Positions 44,323 to 53,543 of a DNA stretch of 58,005 nucleotides are shown in pieces. The DNA lies in the IMG/VR virus record IMGVR_UViG_3300032213_002204, positions 1-58,005 of that record, one strand, 5' to 3'. Source of the DNA: a virus. Taxonomy: Duplodnaviria > Caudoviricetes. The first letter of the stretch is position 1. Each line of letters begins with the position of its first letter. Position numbers and translations under genes: made by a program. The notes under the pieces are model-generated. The model ran no database searches and had not been told where the DNA came from. It saw only the letters and a program-made list of their open reading frames with translations.

Positions 44323-45086
44323 AGGGACATGTCCTTGATAAGATTTGGCATCCATATTTTATGTGGATTTTCTTTTCCGACATACTCATCTCCATCAAAC
44401 GATACTCCATAGGAAGATACGCTCAAATAGGCGTAGCGTTCACCGCTTGTTACTGGAAGTACCTCATGTCTTCCTAGGTAATTAGATGGATAAATTGCAA
44501 CCGAACCAGCTTGTGGGCGGTACGTGTAGTCCATATTGGGAAAACGCAACTCCCCACCCTCGTAATGTTCTCCGCAGTTATTTAAGTATAAGTTTATACT
44601 CGTACTATTATATAGAGAAACTTGATTTCCCGGTATCTGACCCCATTCATGAGGCACTTGATCATCGCAGTGAGGACCTATTCTTTGGTCTACGGCATAA
44701 GCAGCTATGTGCCCATGGGGACGCCACCAGGAGGTAGTAGATGCGTCTGGGAAGATCTTACAGTATTGAACAAGGGCAGAATAAATTGCGCTTTCAAATA
44801 GGGAAATTAAATCTAACCACTCTTGCTTTGGTTTGTCTTGACAATTAGCTCCTTTTAAATCTAAAAATCTTTGTGGAGCCATCAATATATCGCTAATATT
44901 AAACTTAAAACCTGTTTTATTTTTAGCGTATTTTACGCCATCTTCTTCGTGAATTGTAAATGTTTCTTCTTGATTATCCTTTAGCCATTGTATATATTCT
45001 GTTAGAATTTTATTATCTACTGAAATAACATCAGTAAGTATAACAACGCCCATACCTATGTGTTCATGTTTCATAATATCACCCAA
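44319..45086 (-). CDS. 2OG-Fe(II) oxygenase (WWxxxGH paralogue)
   Basis: HCD, YLN, YEGGELRF, PSNYLGRHEV..V.SGERY. Confidence 0.85.
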   Translation of the reverse strand: MGDIMKHEHIGMGVVILTDVISVDNKILTEYIQWLKDNQEETFTIHEEDGVKYAKNKTGFKFNISDILMAPQRFLDLKGANCQDKPKQEWLDLISLFESAIYSALVQYCKIFPDASTTSWWRPHGHIAAYAVDQRIGPHCDDQVPHEWGQIPGNQVSLYNSTSINLYLNNCGEHYEGGELRFPNMDYTYRPQAGSVAIYPSNYLGRHEVLPVTSGERYAYLSVSSYGVSFDGDEYVGKENPHKIWMPNLIKDMSL

Positions 45087-45981
45087 AGTTTGTAACCTTA
45101 TATTGATCAGAATATTCTGAGTATCCTTTTGATTTTAAATAACGCCTATAATTATCTCTTAGATCCGGCATATATATATTTGTACCAACAGCTGCTGCTC
45201 CTGGATTTAATACTGGATCACACACTTCTTCATTCACACTTGGATTTGGAGTGCCTTGACTATACCAACCTAAGTACGAAAATCTAACTCCACTACCTAC
45301 TGGCTTTACTTCATGAGCTGCTATATAATTGGATGGAAACATTAATATATCGCCTGCTTTAGGCTTGTATTCTATATCCAAATAATTGAAATAATGATGG
45401 CCTTTCGTATAGTTATATTCATTAAGTTCACTATCTGTATCGACTGAATCATTTAAGTACACTAGCGAAGTAATAACATTTCTTAAGGCTAGCTCATGAT
45501 TTGTTTTATGGACACCATATATATATTCTGCGCTGATATCGGAATGTGAACCCAAATAAACATCTGGCCCATAAGACACTATATGACCTTTCACCTTCCA
45601 CCAAACGCAATTATAAGATAACGGAAACTGCTCAAAGTATCTCAATAAGCACTCATCTTTGAGTCTTTCAATTTCATTAAAAATAGATTTAATATTTGTA
45701 TCTTGTATCTGATGTATTCTAGACGCTCTTTTTGGCATTTCGTCAATTGAATTCTTAGTGAAGATGTACCCACTCTTGTTAAAGTAAATATCATTACCTG
45801 TTTCGGGGTCTACTCCAGGCTGATACATCTCTAAATGTTCATCTTTAATTAGCCCAGAGCATAGAGTGTATACATGATTCCAATCTAAATTAATAGCATT
45901 TTTGAAAACTATTACACCACCACCAAGATTAATTGGCTCAATATTATCTTCCTGCTGCATCAACATCTCTCTTTGTCCCAT
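45079..45981 (-). CDS. 2OG-Fe(II) oxygenase (WWxxxGH paralogue)
   Basis: HSD, YLND, FPSNYIAAHEV...GVRF. Confidence 0.85.
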   Translation of the reverse strand: MGQREMLMQQEDNIEPINLGGGVIVFKNAINLDWNHVYTLCSGLIKDEHLEMYQPGVDPETGNDIYFNKSGYIFTKNSIDEMPKRASRIHQIQDTNIKSIFNEIERLKDECLLRYFEQFPLSYNCVWWKVKGHIVSYGPDVYLGSHSDISAEYIYGVHKTNHELALRNVITSLVYLNDSVDTDSELNEYNYTKGHHYFNYLDIEYKPKAGDILMFPSNYIAAHEVKPVGSGVRFSYLGWYSQGTPNPSVNEEVCDPVLNPGAAAVGTNIYMPDLRDNYRRYLKSKGYSEYSDQYKVTNFG

Positions 45982-46837
45982 GACTATTGTATATTCTACT
46001 TACTGGAAGAAGTAGATCTTTATGATTGTCGCCATACTTGTTTAGTATGTACTCTTTATAATCTACATATAGATCTTTCATCCAAGTTTGCCCGCCGAAA
46101 AAACTTTGCGAGCTTTCCATTATGTCAATTCCTCGATCCTTTTGAGACGAACCCTGACCATAATATTCAAGAAATGCGTAGCGTGTACCATCGGTTACCT
46201 TGCCTACCTGATGTGTCCCCAAGTAATTGGCGGGAAACATTAACACATCACCAGCCTGTGGTGTATATTTAAGGTCAGCGTATGGAAAAGAAATTTCTCC
46301 GCCAACAAAGTTATCCTTATAAGATTCCGATGAGCTAGAATTAAAGTAAGTTATTGCAGCAAGAACGTGGAGTATGCCCAGCTGATAATCTGGTTCAAAA
46401 CCAGGTTGATAATTGATGTCATTATCGCAATGAATTCCCAAGTCTGAGCCCGGATCATAAGCCAACACATGACCAGCAGTTTTCCACCATAAGCATGGTA
46501 ATATTTGTGGATATATTTCTATATATTCTAGTAGGCATTGATACATACTGTTTTGACATTGTGTAAAGAATAATTTTTGTTCATCAGAAGAAAAGTAATT
46601 ATAATAATCAGTAATTCTACTGCAGTTTTTTGTTATATCTTCTTTGGAAAATCTATGGCCACTCTTATTTATGGCGTATAAAAAATTCTTATCTTCATCA
46701 TAGATATTGGTGTAATGATTTTTTATAGAATTTTCTTTTATAGATGAAAGAAAAGAAATTGGATTATATTCATTTAAATTTATTCTATCTTTGAATAATA
46801 CTATTCCATTAGGAAATGTCTGTGTCTTGTCCATCAT
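45944..46837 (-). CDS. 2OG-Fe(II) oxygenase (WWxxxGH paralogue)
   Basis: HCD, FVGGEISF, FPANYLGTHQV...GTRY. Confidence 0.85.
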   Translation of the reverse strand: MMDKTQTFPNGIVLFKDRINLNEYNPISFLSSIKENSIKNHYTNIYDEDKNFLYAINKSGHRFSKEDITKNCSRITDYYNYFSSDEQKLFFTQCQNSMYQCLLEYIEIYPQILPCLWWKTAGHVLAYDPGSDLGIHCDNDINYQPGFEPDYQLGILHVLAAITYFNSSSSESYKDNFVGGEISFPYADLKYTPQAGDVLMFPANYLGTHQVGKVTDGTRYAFLEYYGQGSSQKDRGIDIMESSQSFFGGQTWMKDLYVDYKEYILNKYGDNHKDLLLPVSRIYNSHGTKRDVDAAGR

Positions 46838-47831
46838 TCAATTCTTCAGATATATGAGTTGATCCATACTGCGCAACACAGCGACCTTGAAATACGGGAT
46901 TGATCCCCAGCTCTACTTCGTTCTTTGAATACAGTGAAAATTCAGACTTGCAATAACGCTCATAATCATCATAAATATTATTCATCCACATTCCAGGACA
47001 CCAATCAAAACTTTCATCTGGTTCAACTATATTGATATTTACCTTGTCATCCGGCGATCCTTGCCCAAAGAATGACAGATATGTGTATCTTCGCCCTGCG
47101 GTCATTCTAGTTACATCATGTGACGCAATGTAGTTTGTTGGAAACATAATGACATCACCACGTTGTGGTCTGTATTCAATATCCATATGAAAAAATCTCA
47201 AATGACCACCAACAAAATTGGTCCCATCTAATTGCGATTCGTCATCCACGCAATCATTTAGATAAACCAGCGCCCCACAAGTCTGGCGGGCAGCCATTTG
47301 CCCTCGCGGCATATAGCGAACGCCTCCGGTCACCTTGTAGTTAGTGTCGTTATCGCAATGTGAACCAAGAACTCCGTCATCCACATAGCGAAGAACGTGC
47401 CCACGATTACGCCACCAAACACACCCAACAAGCAGCGGGTAAATATCAATATAGCGGATCAGGCATTTGTAGATAGTTTCTTCTATATTATAAAAAAAAC
47501 AAGCAACATCTTCTGGGGTTGTTTCTTCAACTGGCCGAAGAATTCTTACTGGCGTCGCTGGGATGTCTTCTGGGCGATAGCGAAAACCATCCTCATTAAT
47601 GCCATACTTCTCGCCATCTTCCCCAACTATATAACTCCAGCGATTCTTGTGTGACTCGTCAGCCTTGCTGTCGATGTAATCGAACGCTGTTTTTTGGTCA
47701 AATTGTAAGACGTTTCTAAAAACAATTATCCCAGGACCCAGGATATCAATTTGATAATTTGATATTTCTAATATTTCTTTATCGCCAATATTGGGCGTAT
47801 CTGGATGAGGTTTCATTTTATCATCTAACAT
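46809..47831 (-). CDS. 2OG-Fe(II) oxygenase (WWxxxGH paralogue)
   Basis: HCD, YLND, FVGGHLRF, FPTNYIASHDV...GRRY; TGGTATAAT at 47865-47873. Confidence 0.85.
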   Translation of the reverse strand: MLDDKMKPHPDTPNIGDKEILEISNYQIDILGPGIIVFRNVLQFDQKTAFDYIDSKADESHKNRWSYIVGEDGEKYGINEDGFRYRPEDIPATPVRILRPVEETTPEDVACFFYNIEETIYKCLIRYIDIYPLLVGCVWWRNRGHVLRYVDDGVLGSHCDNDTNYKVTGGVRYMPRGQMAARQTCGALVYLNDCVDDESQLDGTNFVGGHLRFFHMDIEYRPQRGDVIMFPTNYIASHDVTRMTAGRRYTYLSFFGQGSPDDKVNINIVEPDESFDWCPGMWMNNIYDDYERYCKSEFSLYSKNEVELGINPVFQGRCVAQYGSTHISEELNDGQDTDIS

Positions 47832-47894
47832 TTTTATTTATTAACTCCTAATGTCTTACAATAAATTATACCATAAATCAGAGTGGATCTATGG

Positions 47895-48635
47895 TCAATT
47901 CTTGATAATTATATTATAACCATAGTTATTTGTCATGTGATACAAATTAATATCTTGATTATCAGTAATTGAAAATAGATTCATTATAGGATTTATATGA
48001 TACTCTTGATCGTAAAAAAGCGTGCCATCATTTATAGAAAAAATTATCATAATTCCGCCCTTATTTAAGGCTTTAATTAATTTCTCCTGTAATATATCAT
48101 TTATCAATATATCTACAGATGAAAATGTAATCATATCAAAAGTTTCTTCTTCTAAATTTTCTATATCTTGAAGATCGTATACATTGTATGATGAATTAAA
48201 AGGGTAATCATTATTTTTAAGTATAAAATTTTCAAAATTATATAAATATTTATTATTCACAAAAGATAATTCACACCCATCATTAGCAGCTGCCGCAACT
48301 AAACCAAAACTAGCACTAGGAGCATGTACTAATATTTTTTTAGGTTTTTTAATTTGATAAAACATTTGAGAATAGTGTTCCAAATAAACATATAGATTAT
48401 CAAACCATTCAGAAGATGTTGTAGCAAAAACATCCTCTACATACAGGGTGGGGTCTGCACCGGTTGCTATTGCTCTTTTATCATAGGTTAATGTATCATT
48501 AAAAGCTTTTGCAGCGTTTGCAAAGTCTGAGTAAATTGTTTCATAATCTATCTCAAGTCTATCGATTAAATCAACTGATAAATTTCTAGCTAAAACATTT
48601 GATATTAAATACCTATTTCCTAATACCTGATCCAT
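47895..48635 (-). CDS. class I SAM-methyltransferase-like protein
   Basis: KPKKILV, ETFDMI, LNKGGIMII. Confidence 0.5.
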   Translation of the reverse strand: MDQVLGNRYLISNVLARNLSVDLIDRLEIDYETIYSDFANAAKAFNDTLTYDKRAIATGADPTLYVEDVFATTSSEWFDNLYVYLEHYSQMFYQIKKPKKILVHAPSASFGLVAAAANDGCELSFVNNKYLYNFENFILKNNDYPFNSSYNVYDLQDIENLEEETFDMITFSSVDILINDILQEKLIKALNKGGIMIIFSINDGTLFYDQEYHINPIMNLFSITDNQDINLYHMTNNYGYNIIIKN

Positions 48636-48949
48636 TACACCACCTGCTTAGCAAATTGCATCCAAGACCATAGTCTTCTGATGTTTGAAATTACATTTTT
48701 ATTTATTGATTTTAAATACATATCTGAACTTAAGTTTGGGTTTATTTCTCCTAAATCAGTATTTATTATTTTATTGTCATAATAAAATGTATATCTAATT
48801 CTTTCAATAATATCATCTATAGTTATAAAATATAAATCACTTTCATTAAAGCCAATTAGGTAAAATATATATAATATTTGTTCTTCCACATAATTAAGAT
48901 CACTATTAGGACTGTATCCTGGACTATTTTTTGAACAGACTCTTGACAC
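48635..48949 (-). CDS. hypothetical protein
   Basis: coupled ORF. Confidence 0.6.
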   Translation of the reverse strand: MSRVCSKNSPGYSPNSDLNYVEEQILYIFYLIGFNESDLYFITIDDIIERIRYTFYYDNKIINTDLGEINPNLSSDMYLKSINKNVISNIRRLWSWMQFAKQVV

Positions 48950-49215
48950 TATGAGTCCTTTTCCTTGTTCGGATTGATGGTGTCAATTTCGCCATTTTGT
49001 AGGATAGTACAAATATAACTTTGATTCTCAATGCTATTAACGCCATAAGTTTCGGGACTCCATTTGGTTATTGTATCCTGTTTTCCAGGAATGTCGTATG
49101 GTCCGTCTCCTAGTTCGTCTTGCTTTTGCTGCATTAATATACTCATATTAATGTTGATTTTTTCTGCGTGTTGTTTTAAGTTTTCTTTTTTAATTTTAAT
49201 AATTTTATTTTTCAT
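48949..49215 (-). CDS. hypothetical protein
   Basis: AAGGA SD; coupled ORF. Confidence 0.55.
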   Translation of the reverse strand: MKNKIIKIKKENLKQHAEKININMSILMQQKQDELGDGPYDIPGKQDTITKWSPETYGVNSIENQSYICTILQNGEIDTINPNKEKDS

Positions 49216-49228
49216 AAAAAATCCTTAA

Positions 49229-49447
49229 TTAGCTTTTAAGTTTATCTAAATTTTGTTTCATTCTCAATAAGCTTAAGAATGAATTATGTAATAAATCTGT
49301 TTCTTGAACAGGAATTTCATAAGAGTCAGTAAGATCATCTTCATCTACGCCTAACTGTATTGCTAATTGAAAAATGCTCTGCTCTAAAAAAATCATAGCT
49401 TTTTCTTTGGCTTTACTTTTTTGTTGTTCACTTAAAGTATTTGACAT
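49229..49447 (-). CDS. hypothetical protein
   Basis: GAGG SD. Confidence 0.6.
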   Translation of the reverse strand: MSNTLSEQQKSKAKEKAMIFLEQSIFQLAIQLGVDEDDLTDSYEIPVQETDLLHNSFLSLLRMKQNLDKLKS

Positions 49448-49459
49448 AATAACCTCTTT

Positions 49460-50338
49460 TTATCTAAGTTGATTTAACTTTTCTTTATTTTTTAATATCT
49501 TTAGGGAGATTTGATATGCTTGCATTATCTCATACCCAGCTGATGTATTTATCACGCCATTTTGAATGCACCATAACTTAAAAGCTATCGGCATTGGGGG
49601 GTCCGCTGATAGCGTGGATATGGTGTTGCCTTTTATATATTGAGCAACGTACATATCTGGAAGATTCATCAATGAGGTAACTACATCATCTTTTCCATTG
49701 TTTTCAAAATCCAAACCAACATTTATTAAAAATGTATTGCATAGTTTTGCAACAGGCTCTGTATTATTGCAAACCCTATATGCCCACTGCCATTCTAGCA
49801 TTAACTTAAATAGCTCCTGCAGAGTAGGCGCCATTGCGTATGGAAATGTTCCTATTATATTAGAGAAAAAGGAATCATCTTTTGCTTCCATATAAGTTAT
49901 AGTCAGATTTGGTGAGTCGCAGTAAATTACTTTAGTTTTACTCTGGACTTCCTTTGTTCCATTGTTTGATAATATATTTTTTTTACTTTCAATAATAGAA
50001 TCAAAAATTGTCCCATAATATTCCTCTATAACTGGACTAATTCTATGATTAGATCCAGTAAAGCATACCTCTTTTAAGGCTTCTTGTTGAGAGTTTTCTG
50101 GTATTGGCTCAGAAACTTCTTTATTTACCCAAATTTGGAAAGCTCTTTTTAATCTATTCTGAGTCATACCGTCAATGAGCGAAACTTTTTTTTCGATCTG
50201 TTCCAGCAAAAGTTCTGGATCATCAATATATGATAAATCAATATCATATATTGGCAGTATGTGGCAGATGTTGTTTATTAAAACTTCATTTGCCCTTTCT
50301 AAGTATTTTATTTTAGAGAAATTAGATAATGTTGACAT
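49460..50338 (-). CDS. hypothetical protein
   Basis: 292 aa ORF. Confidence 0.65.
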   Translation of the reverse strand: MSTLSNFSKIKYLERANEVLINNICHILPIYDIDLSYIDDPELLLEQIEKKVSLIDGMTQNRLKRAFQIWVNKEVSEPIPENSQQEALKEVCFTGSNHRISPVIEEYYGTIFDSIIESKKNILSNNGTKEVQSKTKVIYCDSPNLTITYMEAKDDSFFSNIIGTFPYAMAPTLQELFKLMLEWQWAYRVCNNTEPVAKLCNTFLINVGLDFENNGKDDVVTSLMNLPDMYVAQYIKGNTISTLSADPPMPIAFKLWCIQNGVINTSAGYEIMQAYQISLKILKNKEKLNQLR

Positions 50339-50377
50339 AATAAACCTTTTCGTTAAGTCTACTTAAGATAGTAACAG

Positions 50378-50998
50378 TTAACCTAGTATTTCGTCTATAG
50401 CTTCCCTAATGGTCCAACTCTCACCAGTAGTCAGTGGCACACTATCTAGTGGCATCGCTTGCCAGTTAAATCTAGTGATAACTTTACCACTTCTAGAAAC
50501 AATAAACTTTTCCCAATTATGAGGAATTCTTGCTAAGTAATCTCCCTCAAGATTTTGTCCATCCTCAGCCTCCTTGGAGCCGTCTGCTCTAGGTGCAGAG
50601 ATATTTCTTTTAACTTTACCCTTAAGGTAAGAGTACAATACATGCTCATCAGGACCATTGACTTTTATTTTTTCTGTTATAGGAAATGTAACAAATGGAT
50701 AATATTGTTTAATAAAAGATAATATTTCTTCATTTTTTCCCGGTTCCATTTGTCCAAACTGATTACATGGTACGCCAACCACGGAAAATCCTCTGTCCTT
50801 AAACTCATCATGGACTTTTTGCAGTTGCCAAAATTGTCTTAACGTTCTAGCATATGACCAAAACTTACTGCAGTGGGGAGTGTATCCATATTTAGAAACT
50901 ATATTAATAAATAATGTAACGCTGCCGTGAAATTGGTCAAGTAAATGTTCTTCTCTATTTAATCCTGATATTTGAATATCATATATGTTTTCCGTCAT
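50378..50998 (-). CDS. glutathione peroxidase family protein, atypical active site
   Basis: LFINIVSKYG, GFSVVGVPCNQFGQMEPG, VTFPI.EKIKVNG..EH.LY.YLK, NWEKFIV. Confidence 0.88.
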   Translation of the reverse strand: MTENIYDIQISGLNREEHLLDQFHGSVTLFINIVSKYGYTPHCSKFWSYARTLRQFWQLQKVHDEFKDRGFSVVGVPCNQFGQMEPGKNEEILSFIKQYYPFVTFPITEKIKVNGPDEHVLYSYLKGKVKRNISAPRADGSKEAEDGQNLEGDYLARIPHNWEKFIVSRSGKVITRFNWQAMPLDSVPLTTGESWTIREAIDEILG

Positions 50999-51279
50999 AC
51001 CTTAACTCTCCCATTTAAATTAACACTAGCAAAATCATCTATCATTATAGTGCCAATAATGATATCGTTATCAATATCACAATTAAAATATAGCTTACAT
51101 TCAAATGGAATGTCTGTTTTAATAATTCCATTAAAATTATTTTCTGATAAATTATAGGTAATAAAATCAGATGAACCACGCTCAATTGATACCGTACATT
51201 TTGTATCCGAGAGCGTTAAATCCGCCAACTCTTGACCAAATGGGGTTTGTATTTCAATTGCATATATATTAGTATTCAT
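50995..51279 (-). CDS. hypothetical beta-rich protein
   Basis: coupled ORF. Confidence 0.55.
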   Translation of the reverse strand: MNTNIYAIEIQTPFGQELADLTLSDTKCTVSIERGSSDFITYNLSENNFNGIIKTDIPFECKLYFNCDIDNDIIIGTIMIDDFASVNLNGRVKV

Positions 51280-51994
51280 ATGGAACCTTAGGTATTATCG
51301 GTTCATTCAATTCTATTAACCCGTCATGTCTTGGTCCAATTTCTTCACCCTTTTCATTTAGGCCAGTTCTGATACCATTCATCCATGTCCATGGTTCTTC
51401 TTTTAATTTTTTCATTTTTGCCTCACTATACGCTACCCTAGAGCTAATAAGCTCTGGTTTATCCCAGAGATTTTCCACATCAATAGACACATTTGGCAAA
51501 ACATTATTTGAATAGATGTAAAAAAATGCAAAGGGCATCCCTGCTGGGAATACTATTTCTTCTTTTTCCTTGGTAATCTTCCAGCTCATTTGCACTTCAT
51601 CAGGCCACCAGTAACTAGGTATGCTAGCCGTCAAGGGAGTGGCTCCATCTAAGAAATAATTGGGTGAACCAGTTAGCCACGTATCATATCCATGCTCAGT
51701 ATTAAATGCCCAACCAATATGAAAGTCTATCATACCAATTTTATTACAATTTGCGATAGTTCTACCTCTAAAAATATCTCCCTCTAATATTCTTGGAACA
51801 GCATTTCCACCATCCCATATCAGTTTAACATCCTGTTGAAGAACGACTTCCCAACCATTAACATTGGCAGCCGATAAGGGAAGGCATCTGTATGCATGTT
51901 TGTTGTAGGTGTCGTCCATCCAGTCTCTTTTTAGGCGTGACTGTCTAATCTCTGGAGAGATTTGATGCGTTCTAACTAGCGTTAACTTTGTCAT
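51269..51994 (-). CDS. DUF6065-family protein
   Basis: RDWMD.T..KHAYRCLPL..AN..GW, GSPNYF. Confidence 0.75.
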   Translation of the reverse strand: MTKLTLVRTHQISPEIRQSRLKRDWMDDTYNKHAYRCLPLSAANVNGWEVVLQQDVKLIWDGGNAVPRILEGDIFRGRTIANCNKIGMIDFHIGWAFNTEHGYDTWLTGSPNYFLDGATPLTASIPSYWWPDEVQMSWKITKEKEEIVFPAGMPFAFFYIYSNNVLPNVSIDVENLWDKPELISSRVAYSEAKMKKLKEEPWTWMNGIRTGLNEKGEEIGPRHDGLIELNEPIIPKVPYEY

Positions 51995-52719
51995 TTAGTA
52001 ATAAATTCCTGTGGAGTTATCGGTCCAGCTAAAGCTGATTGATTAATTGAAGGTTCATATGGTTGATTGTTTGACTGTCCAAAATCTCTAGTAAATCCTC
52101 CATACTTATGGGTATCATCATTGTAGTCGTACATAGTTACTGCAGAATATTTATGTCCACTAGTGACGGGGAGTGCTGCGTGTGCATAGATATACGTTGA
52201 TGGAAAGAAAACTAGATCACCATGTCCTGGTTTCCACTTAATATCTAAATGAGGAAACCATAATTCTCCGCCGTCATAGTTATCGTTTAGATAAAGAATG
52301 CTAGAAACAGTACATACATATGAGAAACCATGATCTGTGTGAACACTAAAGTGCTGATCGGGACCATATTTAACAAAGTTAATTGCTTCCATATAAGTCA
52401 TATTAATGTTATATTTAGATTGATAATAATTCAAATGAATTCGTTGAACATCAGCTATATCAGAATATATTTCAATAACTTCAGCAAAATTCGAAGGAGT
52501 GTTATTGATATATTTATGATCAAATTTAAAATCAACACAATCTCTATACTCTGGCATCTTAGTTCCCTCACCAACCAAGGCTTCATTCCACCTAAAGTAA
52601 GGGTGGGAACTATTTTTTAAAACTTTTTCCAGTCTAGAGCCATAGTCTAATTCTTTTGCTATTACACCCTTAAATAGCATTATCCCCATTTTTGGATCAC
52701 CCAAGAATTCAACAGTCAT
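51991..52719 (-). CDS. prolyl-4-hydroxylase-like 2OG-Fe(II) oxygenase
   Basis: KYG..QHF..HTD, YLNDNYDGGELWF, FPSTYIYAH...V.SG.KY; TTGCAC-18-TACAAT promoter at 52754-52783. Confidence 0.88.
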   Translation of the reverse strand: MTVEFLGDPKMGIMLFKGVIAKELDYGSRLEKVLKNSSHPYFRWNEALVGEGTKMPEYRDCVDFKFDHKYINNTPSNFAEVIEIYSDIADVQRIHLNYYQSKYNINMTYMEAINFVKYGPDQHFSVHTDHGFSYVCTVSSILYLNDNYDGGELWFPHLDIKWKPGHGDLVFFPSTYIYAHAALPVTSGHKYSAVTMYDYNDDTHKYGGFTRDFGQSNNQPYEPSINQSALAGPITPQEFITK

Positions 52720-52892
52720 TATATTTTTTCTCCTATTGTTTAGCTAGGAAATCATTGTAGCACAAGCACACACATAGGTGCAATATCTATTCCTCTATTT
52801 ATCATTAAACTTATGCCAAAAAATTAATGCAGAAACCTCGCTGCTTTCTAAAAAATCAAAAATAATTGTTAGATTTTTATGTTTTAGAAATT

Positions 52893-53525
52893 TCATAACA
52901 AATCAGTTACTGTATAAAATGATGGAGTTGTCCATCTTTCCCCTGAGATAATTTTCTTAACACCATGCAAATAATTAATATCACCAGGGTGAGCAACTGC
53001 TAAACCTGGTTCTGGTTTTATCACAATGTCATGTTCTGGATAATACAATTCGCCACCTTGAAAATTGTCATTATAGTAAATGAGGGAATTGAGGTCGTAA
53101 TCTGGGAAAGGATTGGGCGAGCCGTCATTCAATTGCTTGTCGGCATGTGGTCGTTGTTCTGTGCCAGGTGTCCACTTAATAAGAACTGGTGGCCTATTTG
53201 ATAGTTTTACTGAAAATTGTGTTTCTAAAACTTTTTGCATTTTGTTAATATAATATTCAATAATTTGATAAATATTATTATTTAATTTTTGGATAATGTC
53301 TCCACTGCATTGTCTGTTACGCCAATAATCGGCACTATAGAGGCATGTCCCGTCTTCAGAATATAGACTTTCGCCTGGGTCTACCCATTCGCTGATTGTA
53401 GGCAGGAAGTTTTGTATGGTTTTTAAATCTTCTTTGTCAACAAAATTTTTTATTATAAGAATATTATCGATACCACTACCAAAGTGGCCTGGATCTATTA
53501 AGGATTTTGCTACATTAATATTCAT
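52893..53525 (-). CDS. prolyl-4-hydroxylase-like 2OG-Fe(II) oxygenase
   Basis: HAD, YYNDNFQGGELYY, HGV..I.SGERW; TGATATTAT ends 7 nt before the ATG (leaderless-like). Confidence 0.88.
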   Translation of the reverse strand: MNINVAKSLIDPGHFGSGIDNILIIKNFVDKEDLKTIQNFLPTISEWVDPGESLYSEDGTCLYSADYWRNRQCSGDIIQKLNNNIYQIIEYYINKMQKVLETQFSVKLSNRPPVLIKWTPGTEQRPHADKQLNDGSPNPFPDYDLNSLIYYNDNFQGGELYYPEHDIVIKPEPGLAVAHPGDINYLHGVKKIISGERWTTPSFYTVTDLL

Positions 53526-53543
53526 GCCACATATAATATCATA

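Noticed and set aside
50890-50900. Selenocysteine in the GPx
   Set aside because: The codon at the catalytic position is TAT, not TGA.
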